DNA of 64,000 nucleotides, taken from positions 1 to 64,000 of the IMG/VR virus record IMGVR_UViG_3300011768_000001. The stretch is one strand, 5' to 3'. The stretch is from an uncultured virus (IMG/VR IMGVR_UViG_3300011768_000001) (taxonomy: Duplodnaviria > Heunggongvirae > Uroviricota > Caudoviricetes). A model generated the notes under the pieces. That model had not been told where the DNA came from. It ran no database searches and worked only from the letters and a program-made list of their open reading frames with translations. Position numbers and translations under genes: made by a program. The number at the start of each line of letters is the position of its first letter. Position 1 is the stretch's first letter. Below, in pieces: positions 27,440 through 36,783 of the stretch.

Positions 27440-27752
27440 CTGAAGGGGTGCTCTTAGTGAGACGCTTGAGGGATGTGATTTGCTTACTTAAAACACTTAC
27501 CTCAGAACGAAGCTTTTCACGCTCTGTAGCGTCTTCTAAGGAGGTCTGAGAGTTAAGAGCTATGGCAGCATTCAGTCGAGTCTTATCGGCCTCTGAGGTG
27601 GCTAATTGCTCAGTTAAAGTGCTATTCTGAGCTTGTAATGAGCCCACTTCTTCTACCTTGTTGTTCAAGAGATAACCTGAAGCTAAAAGAGCTAATACTA
27701 ACCCTGCAATCAGGTAGTAGGTCCACGAGATGCCTGAAAGGAAAGATATCAT
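27312..27752 (-). CDS. i-spanin (Rz-like)
   Basis: N-terminal TM, coiled coil, C-terminal Cys; overlapped with o-spanin. Confidence 0.8.
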   Translation of the reverse strand: MISFLSGISWTYYLIAGLVLALLASGYLLNNKVEEVGSLQAQNSTLTEQLATSEADKTRLNAAIALNSQTSLEDATEREKLRSEVSVLSKQITSLKRLTKSTPSDVKFNNQSSDDIFISDDLKRLLDAAYCNSKASLCKDTKQFTK

Positions 27753-28066
27753 TCTCTTGGTTCCTCTGTGATCTTATATTCCCAGAGCTTGCGTTGCTTC
27801 ACAAATCTGGCAAGGAGACCAAGAGCGTTAAAAGAAAACATAAGTAGTGCATACGTTTGTGTTGTCATAGTTGGCTCAAGCATCCCTAATAGGGGCAGTA
27901 GCTGATCCACGAAGGTCAGAACTACAGAGCACATGTGTAGCCAAAATGACCAAGTGAGGAAGATTTTTTTCCAATTGCTGACTACAGAAACTTTACTAAC
28001 TTTCTCCTTTACAATCTCGGCACTCTGGGGTATAGTCAACTCTTCGGTGGGTTTTTCGTCTGCCAT
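27749..28066 (-). CDS. Putative holin
   Basis: Two TM helices; V.NWK....WS.W ... ARFVKQ pattern; lies between endolysin and spanins. Confidence 0.7.
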   Translation of the reverse strand: MADEKPTEELTIPQSAEIVKEKVSKVSVVSNWKKIFLTWSFWLHMCSVVLTFVDQLLPLLGMLEPTMTTQTYALLMFSFNALGLLARFVKQRKLWEYKITEEPRE

Positions 28067-28095
28067 AATTTAATATTCTTAATAAAGGTGATATA

Positions 28096-28704
28096 ATGAA
28101 GCTAGTCTATGGTGTGGGGATCAATGATGCTGATTACACCCTCACTAGGTATGAAAAATTTCTCAGTGCAGAGGGATTATTGAAGGTCCGTCAAGTATGG
28201 GTTTGTCCTTTTTATTCGAGATGGCAGTCCATGATTACTCGCTGTTACAGCAAGAATTTTCTTATAGAGAACCCATCCTACAAAGATTGTACCGTCTGTG
28301 AGGAATGGTTAACCTTCAGTAAATTTAAATCTTGGATGGAAACACAGAACTGGAATGGTAAGACCCTTGATAAAGATTTACTATGTAAAGGTAATAAAAT
28401 TTACTGTCCAGAATTTTGTGTTTTTGTTCATGCCAAAGTAAATCTCTTTATCATTGACCGTGCGAGTAAACGTGGTGAGTGGCCCATTGGTGTTCACTTT
28501 GAAGAGAGTTACCAAAAATATAAATCTACAATAACTTCTAATAATAAGACTATAAACTTAGGTAGATATGATACAGCTGAGCAAGCCCATCAAGCTTGGT
28601 TGGACTTTAAACTTAAGCAAGCTTATATCTTAGCTTTAGAGCAAGAAGATGATAGGGTAGCTAAAGCTCTCATAGAGAGATACAGAAACTATTCTCACAC
28701 CTAG
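28096..28704 (+). CDS. Free-standing HNH-like homing endonuclease, antisense within the lysis operon
   Basis: YSRWQSMI.RCY, W..FS.FK.W, LDKD, NKIY.P..C.FV...N; AP2-like tail LGRYDTAEQAH.AW. Confidence 0.85.
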   Translation: MKLVYGVGINDADYTLTRYEKFLSAEGLLKVRQVWVCPFYSRWQSMITRCYSKNFLIENPSYKDCTVCEEWLTFSKFKSWMETQNWNGKTLDKDLLCKGNKIYCPEFCVFVHAKVNLFIIDRASKRGEWPIGVHFEESYQKYKSTITSNNKTINLGRYDTAEQAHQAWLDFKLKQAYILALEQEDDRVAKALIERYRNYSHT

Positions 28705-28754
28705 GGTTTTTAAAGCTGTTATGTTGTTGTAACAGCTTTATTTTAACATTACCA

Positions 28755-29183
28755 TTAAGATAGGAACAACTTCTTCTCAGCTTCTCTTCGACGAGTAAGT
28801 CCTGCAAGAACTTTACCGCCAGCTTTATTCCACCTGGGAAATTCCAGAGCAGCACCAGCATAGTCTAAAGAGTTAAGCTTACGAAGAAGGGTTGAGGACT
28901 TAAGATTAGCAAGCCCAAGATTGAAGCTAAATGACACTAGAGCATCAAACTGATTTTGACTGAGGGGTACTTTTACAAGTTCTGTTACACCTCTCTCAAA
29001 TCGGGATACATCGGACAATAGGAGTGCTTCAGCTTGCTGTCGAGTGATGGTCATGCCAGCTTTAACATGGGGACCAGTTGAACCCCATCCCACAGTCAAG
29101 ATTCCAACAGCGTCTTTATAAGCTGTCAACTCAAGACCTTCAAAATCTTGGATAAGTTTTAAACCTTTTGCAGATATTTTCAT
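28755..29183 (-). CDS. Endolysin (GH24 phage lysozyme)
   Basis: FEG...AY.D.VG..TVGWG (E-D-T triad), NQFDALVSF.FN.G, GL.RRR.AE. Confidence 0.95.
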   Translation of the reverse strand: MKISAKGLKLIQDFEGLELTAYKDAVGILTVGWGSTGPHVKAGMTITRQQAEALLLSDVSRFERGVTELVKVPLSQNQFDALVSFSFNLGLANLKSSTLLRKLNSLDYAGAALEFPRWNKAGGKVLAGLTRRREAEKKLFLS

Positions 29184-29201
29184 AACTCATTTCCTATAAA
29201 C

Positions 29202-29221
29202 AAAGCACATCCTTGTGCTTT
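29202..29221 (-). promoter_or_regulatory. Hairpin with RsmA/CsrA consensus loop (also terminator-like) upstream of endolysin
   Basis: AAAGCAC-AAGGAU-GUGCUUU contains ACAAGGAUGU; followed by GUUUAU and an AGGA SD. Confidence 0.5.
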
Positions 29222-29227
29222 GAATTG

Positions 29228-30222
29228 TTAAAGCCACTCTATGATAAGAAGCCCCGGCGTACCATTACCTCCACCCGAGCCAACAGTGGCATTGCCATAT
29301 GATGCACCACCACCGCCACCACCTGTTCCGTAGCCAGAGCTATTAGATGGGCCTGATGTACCTGTAGAACCTTTGGCAATGCCACTGTTNNNNNNNNNNC
29401 TTTGGCTCGTCCACCACCACCACCTGTTCCGTATGGACCAGAACCACCAGAACCACCATCCCCGCCTTTGCCGCCAGCAATCCCATCAGTGCCCCAGGTG
29501 CCGCCCGAATCACCACCAGAACCACCCGCGCCTGTCCCAGCAAAACCCAGACCACCAGCCCGACCACCGTTTAGTGTGAGTATAGAACCAAGTCTTGTTG
29601 ATCCTCCGGCAGTACCGTTGTTACCAATAGCGTTTAATGCGCCACCAGCACCGCCTTGGCCAGCTTCACCAATAGAGACAGAAAGAACTTGACCTGGGGT
29701 TACTGTGATGGGAACTTTTACAATCGAGGCACCAGCACCGCCGCCGCCGCCGCCGCCAGAAGCACTGGGAGAAGTAGTTCTACCGCCACCACCACCGCCA
29801 CCACCACCTCCTCCACAACCCGACACGTAAATTACAGTTTTACCAGACGGCACTGTGAATGTCCCGTCTTCCGTAAATCTTTGCAATCCCGCTGATGTAA
29901 AGGCGGTTGTCCAGCTACCTGTCGTATCAGTCACAGGGTTTACATTAGAATTTGTAACAAGAGCACGATATACAGTGCCGTTACTGCCTTTAGAATAGCT
30001 AATATTTGCTTGGTATTCAGTTTTATTATCCCATACAGGAATACCGTGCTGATTAATGTGTGCATTAAATCTATCTTGACGATTATCAAGCCAGTTGAAA
30101 TACTCACGAGGAGGAATAATAGATTCCCATCCGTTAGCAACATAATCAGTAGACGGAGCCACAATGTCACCTGTGGCTGCCCATATAGTATTTACATCGT
30201 TCGGTTTAGAGATATTCGGCAT
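29228..30222 (-). CDS. Glycine-rich tail fibre protein (frame broken by N-gap at 29390-29399)
   Basis: N-terminal WA..GD..GW..PP...FNW tail-fibre motif; Gly-rich domain; joining at the duplicated GCCAAAG gives ...GRAKGSTG...GTPGLLIIEWL-stop at 29228. Confidence 0.8.
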
Positions 30223-30252
30223 TTAATTATCTCCTTTATTAAATGGCATAAG

Positions 30253-32172
30253 TTATAGAGCCTGTGACAAATGTGTTGTTGGCAATATTTGCTTGCCGTT
30301 AGCTGAAGATTGGCGAATCTCTAGCTTTGTCGTGTCTTGTACGCGCAAAGCTAGTGCGCCTGTAAGCCCAACAAAGTTTTGCGCGTAACCTATAGATCCG
30401 GAGTGACCATCAAGTGAGTTTCCTGCCGGGGGAAATGGTAGATTGCCGATGGTAATAGGTCCAGCTAGCGCTCCCTTGTTGGATAGCGAAATACGGAAGT
30501 TTAGAGTAAGCATACGCCCCACAAGCTGCCACACTCCATTTGTCGCGGTGTAGGTTATTCCCGTAGATGACCCACCAATCTGAAGAGCGGGAATCCACAA
30601 TGCAAGGTTTCTTTTAACAGAACTTATATAAACATTCTTTGATCCAGTATTATCAGTGACTGTGCTATCAAAGCTAAATACATCATTCACCTGACCCGAA
30701 GCCCAACCACTGCCCGCAAGAGTTAGGCTTGAACCGGCTTGCCAAGTATTTCCTGTAAATATTGCAACCCAATTATTTGCGGTTGGGGCAGTGAGGGTTG
30801 CAGTACAGGCAGTGAAACCACAAGCGCTGAATTTTAGGCCATTGACATAACGCGACCCAACTAAAATAGACGAGGCTGCGATGTCAGTGCCATTAAAAGT
30901 AACATCACCAAGTGTAGTCTCAGCGTCCACATCAAACAAAGGAACAGCCGTATTAAGGGTACCGCCGGTTAATTGCAGCTTCTGAATATATTTACTGTTA
31001 CTATAAGACTTGATGTATGCAAGTTTTACATTTTCTACATGACAGCCCAAGAATTCATAGCATACCTGATTTCCGGCACCTGCGGTGTTGTTGATGAATT
31101 CAAGGAAATAATCAGGCCCTAGTTGACCTTGGTTGAATTGATAGTTAACAAATACAATCGTATTGGGACCAGCCCCACCTGTGCCACCTTGGGGTGATGT
31201 GTAACGCACAAAACATTTGCCAGGCAGGTTTCCTGTACCGTTCATGCCTGAACGACCGCCCGTTACCCGCAATTCCGGCCAGGAATCAATTTCATAGTGT
31301 GCGTCAGAAATAGCCCCAGTGTATAAACGCAAAGCATTACATGCGAGGCCGCCCGACAAGGTAGGATCGGTACTGCTTCCTTTGCCGAGAAAACGGAAAC
31401 CTTTCGCGTGTCGATCGCTGAAGATGTCTTCAACAGTTGAGTTGGCAGCACCGCTGATGCGAACACCCTCGGAACCGACGGGAATATCCCCGCGACGAGT
31501 TACAATGAAACGACGGAAGCCCGGTGTGCCGCTACCATCTGTAGTGCCTACAGCGCCAGACACATGCACGCAAAGAGGCACGCCAGTAGCGAATATAAGC
31601 TTAGCGCCGACAGGTCCTGCACCTTGATAGTTCTCACAGAATATAGCATCGCCTTGTAGATCAGCGCCTCTGCGGATTACAAGGCCTGCACCCATAAAAT
31701 AACCTACGCAATTTGGTGCTCTAACCACGCCTCCCCCAGGCAGGGATGCAACGTAGTCGATTGCAGCTTGAATAGCGGGCTGGTCGTCTGTCACACCGTC
31801 CCCAACAGCACCAAAATCACGTACACTTACTGATTCTTTCAGCTTATCATATGCAGTTCGCACAACAGCTGCAAGTGCTGACAGACGGTAGCCCACCATT
31901 TCAGAACCTTGGCCTGAATTAGTGCCGTTAAGCTGAGTGGTTGAGACTTTACCATCAACAACTTGTGCCAATAGGTTTAAATTATTAGCATTGCTTTCAG
32001 TTTGTTGTTTTAACCATGCTGTACGGTTAGCCAATTGTAAGCCCTGAGCATTGGCGTGGCCTGCGCTTGGAACACCGTTGTCAATAACCGGAGCACCACC
32101 AAGAGGCGGGGTAAGTTTCTCTAGTTGGAAAATCCCTGATTCGTAAATAGGACTCTCAGTTAAGTTAGCCAT
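30253..32172 (-). CDS. Tail spike / fibre with pectate-lyase-like beta-helix (putative depolymerase)
   Basis: N-terminal AN.Q..QLANRT.WLK anchor; SVRDFGAVGDGVTDDQ.AIQAAID; beta-helix-like repeats. Confidence 0.85.
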   Translation of the reverse strand: MANLTESPIYESGIFQLEKLTPPLGGAPVIDNGVPSAGHANAQGLQLANRTAWLKQQTESNANNLNLLAQVVDGKVSTTQLNGTNSGQGSEMVGYRLSALAAVVRTAYDKLKESVSVRDFGAVGDGVTDDQPAIQAAIDYVASLPGGGVVRAPNCVGYFMGAGLVIRRGADLQGDAIFCENYQGAGPVGAKLIFATGVPLCVHVSGAVGTTDGSGTPGFRRFIVTRRGDIPVGSEGVRISGAANSTVEDIFSDRHAKGFRFLGKGSSTDPTLSGGLACNALRLYTGAISDAHYEIDSWPELRVTGGRSGMNGTGNLPGKCFVRYTSPQGGTGGAGPNTIVFVNYQFNQGQLGPDYFLEFINNTAGAGNQVCYEFLGCHVENVKLAYIKSYSNSKYIQKLQLTGGTLNTAVPLFDVDAETTLGDVTFNGTDIAASSILVGSRYVNGLKFSACGFTACTATLTAPTANNWVAIFTGNTWQAGSSLTLAGSGWASGQVNDVFSFDSTVTDNTGSKNVYISSVKRNLALWIPALQIGGSSTGITYTATNGVWQLVGRMLTLNFRISLSNKGALAGPITIGNLPFPPAGNSLDGHSGSIGYAQNFVGLTGALALRVQDTTKLEIRQSSANGKQILPTTHLSQAL

Positions 32173-32181
32173 AAACTTCCT

Positions 32182-32967
32182 TTAGTATAAAGTAATTTCG
32201 ATGTTTGATTCATCAAATTTATCAGCGTATGTAGGCACTGGGTTATAAGTGTACGGGACATTGTAGGCCCATGAACCGTCATTACTGTAAGTAAATGACC
32301 AACTAATAGGTGTATCTGTTCGTGTGTATTCTCCGTACCTTATTCCCACACCTATAGTCTTAGGAATTAGTCCTGATGGGTAGCCAGCACTAGAGTCTAC
32401 GTAAAGTAGAAGCCCTTTTTCAAAATCAGATAAAGGTCTATTAAACAGCACCATCACATTTGCAGAAGTGGTGTCTTCAATAGCAATAACATTGGTATCG
32501 CCAAATATAAGATTCACACTTCTGATAAATTCTTCTGAAGTAGATGCAGTGGTATTCTTTAAGATCTTGGCTCTTATAAACAGTCTGTAAGTTTCATCAT
32601 CAAGTTCAATGTTTCCACCTAATGGCTCACCCAAAGAATAGAATATGCTACCTACATTGGGATTAGATAACGTTCCCATTGAGCCTGCTTTTAAAGCCCC
32701 TTCAAAACCAAAGAAATTATAAAGGTCAGAATTTAACAGAACCCTATCTTGTCCAACAATTCTTCCGATAATATTTAACTGCTCGCCTGTTGCCGTGTCT
32801 AATGAACGGAGCTGCATAAGGTTTTTGAAAGTTTTCTGAATCTCGATTTGAGCCGTTAAAAGAAGTTGCAAATACTTATCAAAAATAACCTTATCTTTAA
32901 ATTGCTCTGTTACTCTGGTTCGAGCAACTTCTAAATACTGTTCCTCAAAAAAGGGGGTGATAGCCAT
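32182..32967 (-). CDS. Baseplate wedge protein (DUF2612-like)
   Basis: LDTATGEQL.IIG.IVG, LDDETYR.FI.AKI. Confidence 0.85.
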   Translation of the reverse strand: MAITPFFEEQYLEVARTRVTEQFKDKVIFDKYLQLLLTAQIEIQKTFKNLMQLRSLDTATGEQLNIIGRIVGQDRVLLNSDLYNFFGFEGALKAGSMGTLSNPNVGSIFYSLGEPLGGNIELDDETYRLFIRAKILKNTTASTSEEFIRSVNLIFGDTNVIAIEDTTSANVMVLFNRPLSDFEKGLLLYVDSSAGYPSGLIPKTIGVGIRYGEYTRTDTPISWSFTYSNDGSWAYNVPYTYNPVPTYADKFDESNIEITLY

Positions 32968-32978
32968 ATTCTCACTCC

Positions 32979-34436
32979 TTAGTTAATTACAATATTTGCG
33001 CTTGAAATAGTAGCAATTTGGTCAAAATCAATAGCAACATTTGTCATTCCCGTAGGATTAGGAGATGTTCCTATTTTTAAACTGTTCACAAAATGTTCTG
33101 GCACTGTGTTGATTGGCGTATAGAGACGGCTGTAGACCACATCATCACCAATACCTTGATTGTCTTCAAAAAACTGAATAACAGCGTTTCTGATATCATC
33201 ATCGCCTGAGCCGGGGTATGTAGCTTCTTTAGTAAGATTTAGTGTAATATAGATAGGGACAGGCTCTGGTCGTTTAAAAGCAATGTTGTGTGCAAAGCCT
33301 TGAGTATCATAAATTACGATAACCGTATCACCAAAACTTCTGATACCCATGGGTTTGTTTTCCCATATCGCCTGAGCAATCTCTTCAGACAGTCCACCTA
33401 GTACAATTGGCATAAAGCTGTGTGCAGGAATACCTTTATCGTCTGTGGTATCAGTGTCATTCTCGTATACAACTACTTGTTCAACAGTTGAGAGATCAAT
33501 CAAAGCTGAATAAATACTATCTACGGTTGATGCGGCTCGTTCAAACTTTGTTTCACGAAATCTTGAACGAAGCTCTTCATCTGTTTCAACATTTCGCCCA
33601 CCTGACGCTGGAAGTGGGTTTGTTACAGAATCAAAACCAAGTTGGGGAGTTAAAATATTTGTGATAGTATTTACTTCAGAGCTTACAGGGCCAGGATTGA
33701 CAGCCCTAACCTCTCCTACTTTCTGAGATTTTGTCTGTCCAATATTTGCTGATGTAGTGATATTAACTGTGCTAAAAGGGTCAACTCTTGAGATGGTCAA
33801 CACCCCGCCATTGATGCTTGAGCTAAAAGATGGATGACTCAAAGTAACAACAGATGCCATACCAGCAACAACACTTGAAGCCGTAGCGCCTGTTCCTGAT
33901 GTATAGCTTATGGTATTAGATGTGGTGTTTGTTTCATATGTGATTGAATAGACAGTGTTGTCAGCAACCACCAAAGGTGTAAAAGAGCCGCCGCTTACGC
34001 CAACTGAGTTCAAAGTTACGGGAGCATTTAAAGTCCACTGAGAACTACTTACAGAACTGCCTACCGTAGCTCCTAGAACAACCGTAGTGCCTGTATCACC
34101 TGTTAAGATAACCTGGGCTACAGCAAAAGTCTGCTCTTGCCTAATAATGCCCCCTAGGGCCACCAGATTGTCTAAAGCAACACCTGTTGCAGTGTTGGGA
34201 TCGAATGCTGCATAATTTTGTTGGGCAGCTTCCCACAAATCAACCATACTTGGTGTGACAAGAGCTATCAATCGTCCTAATGCTGAACTGTCTGATACGT
34301 CCACTACATCGCCGGGACTAACTTGATCTTGGAAAAGAGTGACTGCTTCAGCCCTCAATCCGGCAANNNNNNNNNNTCCGGCAAGAATCTCAGTCATCCT
34401 TTTAATTTCAAATCCTGCGCTAGTTACTCCTGCCAT
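32979..34436 (-). CDS. Baseplate J-like wedge protein (N-gap at 34367-34376)
   Basis: ATGVALD, GG..VETDEELR.R, IAQAIW. Confidence 0.9.
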   Translation of the reverse strand: MAGVTSAGFEIKRMTEILAGXXXXAGLRAEAVTLFQDQVSPGDVVDVSDSSALGRLIALVTPSMVDLWEAAQQNYAAFDPNTATGVALDNLVALGGIIRQEQTFAVAQVILTGDTGTTVVLGATVGSSVSSSQWTLNAPVTLNSVGVSGGSFTPLVVADNTVYSITYETNTTSNTISYTSGTGATASSVVAGMASVVTLSHPSFSSSINGGVLTISRVDPFSTVNITTSANIGQTKSQKVGEVRAVNPGPVSSEVNTITNILTPQLGFDSVTNPLPASGGRNVETDEELRSRFRETKFERAASTVDSIYSALIDLSTVEQVVVYENDTDTTDDKGIPAHSFMPIVLGGLSEEIAQAIWENKPMGIRSFGDTVIVIYDTQGFAHNIAFKRPEPVPIYITLNLTKEATYPGSGDDDIRNAVIQFFEDNQGIGDDVVYSRLYTPINTVPEHFVNSLKIGTSPNPTGMTNVAIDFDQIATISSANIVIN

Positions 34437-34438
34437 TT

Positions 34439-34804
34439 TTAAATTCCTATATTGTCAAGAGTCACTGTTGCATTAGTATTATCAGTGCATCTAACTTTGA
34501 ATGTTAAAGAATAAGTTCTTTTAGAATCAAGGGTTGAAGAAAAACTTAATATTTCAGCTACACCTTCCTCGGCAAGAATGTTCTCTTGCATAATCTGATC
34601 TACTACTTCCTTTGGAACCTTTTTTGCAATTATTCTTTGAAAATAAGGAACCCCATAACTGACATTGAAAAACCATTCATTTAAAAAAGTAAGCAAACGT
34701 ATTTTCAATCTTTGAATAACCACGTCAACACGTTCTTGTGTAACTGGGCACTCACCATTAATGAATACACAGTCATGTGTAATTGGATCAAGTAATAAAT
34801 CCAT
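34439..34804 (-). CDS. Baseplate wedge / sheath initiator (gp25-like)
   Basis: QRLKIRL....EWF....GVPY. Confidence 0.8.
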   Translation of the reverse strand: MDLLLDPITHDCVFINGECPVTQERVDVVIQRLKIRLLTFLNEWFFNVSYGVPYFQRIIAKKVPKEVVDQIMQENILAEEGVAEILSFSSTLDSKRTYSLTFKVRCTDNTNATVTLDNIGI

Positions 34805-34813
34805 ACGAAACCC

Positions 34814-35551
34814 TTAGTTTGATGGTGGTGGAGAAGTGCCGTGTTTGTGTGTAGAGAAAATCACACCGTTGAACGTTTGAACACCAACACCTGTGTAATT
34901 ACCCGTGTGGTTGATATTCCCGATCCAAGTTGATTGAGCAGCATCTATAACTAATGAGGGTGCATTCAAATTAATACTTTCAGCGGCATTTACCGTAATC
35001 GCTTTACCTTGAATCTCTATATCTTCAGAGGTTCTCATCTGTATACGACCATCAGACTTGAGCCTAAATTCACATTCAGAGCCACCCCCAATATTATGCA
35101 CCATTACCATATCTTGTATGTCATGATCCCAAACCCTTTTTGACGGGTTATTAATAGATCTACTTACAGGCCATGGTGCAGGGATAGCGAAAGCATCTGA
35201 TAGGTCAAACTTTCTAAAATCTGTTGGTGTAGTTGGATAGCCAGACCCACCCCTGAAATTATCAATACCTCTCATGGAGAATACGATAAGAACAGGATCA
35301 CCTTTTGTAAGGGGGAATGTAACTGCGCTTGTAGAGCTTGAAGGGAATATAATCGGAGTGTTAGGAAGGGTAGGCCATTCTTGTATCTGACCGTCTTTGA
35401 ACTTCATATTAATGGTAGGCTGTACAGTGACAAGCATGTTTTCTAGGCTGTCTACTGAGACTATAACACCTGGGATACAAGTATTAATTCCAGCCATTTG
35501 ATGTTCAAAGGAGGATGTTAATAGCTCTTGTAGTGATAATTCTCTTGCCAT
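34814..35551 (-). CDS. Baseplate central spike (Gp138/gpV-like)
   Basis: PG.I...V.VQP, FP..GD.VL.VF..R, C-terminal HxH. Confidence 0.85.
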   Translation of the reverse strand: MARELSLQELLTSSFEHQMAGINTCIPGVIVSVDSLENMLVTVQPTINMKFKDGQIQEWPTLPNTPIIFPSSSTSAVTFPLTKGDPVLIVFSMRGIDNFRGGSGYPTTPTDFRKFDLSDAFAIPAPWPVSRSINNPSKRVWDHDIQDMVMVHNIGGGSECEFRLKSDGRIQMRTSEDIEIQGKAITVNAAESINLNAPSLVIDAAQSTWIGNINHTGNYTGVGVQTFNGVIFSTHKHGTSPPPSN

Positions 35552-36435
35552 TAAGTCTTAACCTTCTCAGAACAAAACACTTCGCTATACCATTCATTAT
35601 CTCTGAATGAGCCTGAATGTCTAACAGAGTCCACTTTATAGTAGGCAGACAAATCTTCAAACTCTACCTTGACAATTTCGCCTGGATTCACTTCACCATT
35701 AAGAAGCATCTTCCACTGAACACCTTTCTTTTTCACTTTATCATTCTTGGAGCGAGTCTTATCACCACTTACAAGATACTTAAAAGGTCTATCTACAAGG
35801 CCAGTGTCTTCAGATATAATGTAAACTTCGTTCAGATTAGTTGAGATTGAACCATCCATATCATTAACATATAAAGCACCATCCACTACACGCCACTCAG
35901 TTTGACTTGCTTCAGAAAGCTTATTAAGCATTCTTTTAGGCTCCCCCATTAATGGGTATCCATTTACTATCTGGCTGTTTAGATTGGTTCCAACATAGGC
36001 ACCTTTGGCTAGACCAAGGGATGTTCGAACTTCTTCATACACATCCTCATAGGTCTTACCGGGGGGAACTAGTTTACTTATAATTGAGTGGTTAAGTTCA
36101 GTGTAACCGCTACCCATTTTTATTTGGGTTATGATGTCAGGGCCTTGTTGGCGTGTGGAGCAATCAATAATTTGCCCTGCAAATAGGCGGTTAACACCTA
36201 TATCAACATAACCTGCACTAAATACACAAGCTATGTACTCTCGATTGAGAAGGGCAATTACATCTTCATCAACGTTGTAGACTTCGATCGTAGCGGAGTT
36301 TGTTTTATCTTTATTTGAGCTTGACTTTGAAATATCAAACTTACATTGGAAGTCCTCTAACACCAACGCATCATCAGTCTTATGGTAGTCACCAATGATA
36401 AGCTCATAAGCTCTGTTCTTTTGAATGACTGCCAT
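35551..36435 (-). CDS. Baseplate hub protein
   Basis: F.I.K...N.A.I.VYN, AGY...LF.G, H.G....W. Confidence 0.8.
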   Translation of the reverse strand: MAVIQKNRAYELIIGDYHKTDDALVLEDFQCKFDISKSSSNKDKTNSATIEVYNVDEDVIALLNREYIACVFSAGYVDIGVNRLFAGQIIDCSTRQQGPDIITQIKMGSGYTELNHSIISKLVPPGKTYEDVYEEVRTSLGLAKGAYVGTNLNSQIVNGYPLMGEPKRMLNKLSEASQTEWRVVDGALYVNDMDGSISTNLNEVYIISEDTGLVDRPFKYLVSGDKTRSKNDKVKKKGVQWKMLLNGEVNPGEIVKVEFEDLSAYYKVDSVRHSGSFRDNEWYSEVFCSEKVKT

Positions 36436-36443
36436 AATATTCC

Positions 36444-36773
36444 TTACTCATCATAAATATAGAAAAACCTATAATACTGCCTAAGTTTATCTGGGTATTG
36501 TTTGTACTGCTCTGTGTTAATGTCTGGAATATTCTCAAGCCAGAAATAACCAGTTAATGGATATATAGCGTAGTCCAATGCGATAGGATAGGTTGGTACA
36601 AGCCCGACGCCTTTGAACACGCTGACAGTTTCATCAACATCTAAGTCAATGAACCACTGTTTCATTCGTTCATTGTACTTTACAGAAATGGCATAGGTAC
36701 TGCCTTGCAAAGCAATGGTGTAGGAATACTCGTAGTCATCAAACAAAGGTAGTGATACATATTTTAAAGTCAT
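36444..36773 (-). CDS. Baseplate plug-like protein
   Basis: L.G..Y....YN.R...W; synteny. Confidence 0.7.
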   Translation of the reverse strand: MTLKYVSLPLFDDYEYSYTIALQGSTYAISVKYNERMKQWFIDLDVDETVSVFKGVGLVPTYPIALDYAIYPLTGYFWLENIPDINTEQYKQYPDKLRQYYRFFYIYDE

Positions 36774-36783
36774 CTATAAACCT

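Noticed and set aside
29282..29407. 16-bp inverted repeat and frame break in the Gly-rich fibre gene (possible invertible segment)
   Set aside because: One copy abuts the N-gap and GCCAAAG is duplicated across the gap. Joining there restores a normal C-terminus, so this is most likely a scaffolding artefact; no invertase is nearby.
34359..34384. TCCGGCAA direct repeat around Ns in baseplate J
   Set aside because: Contig-end overlap at a scaffold gap, not a target-site duplication.
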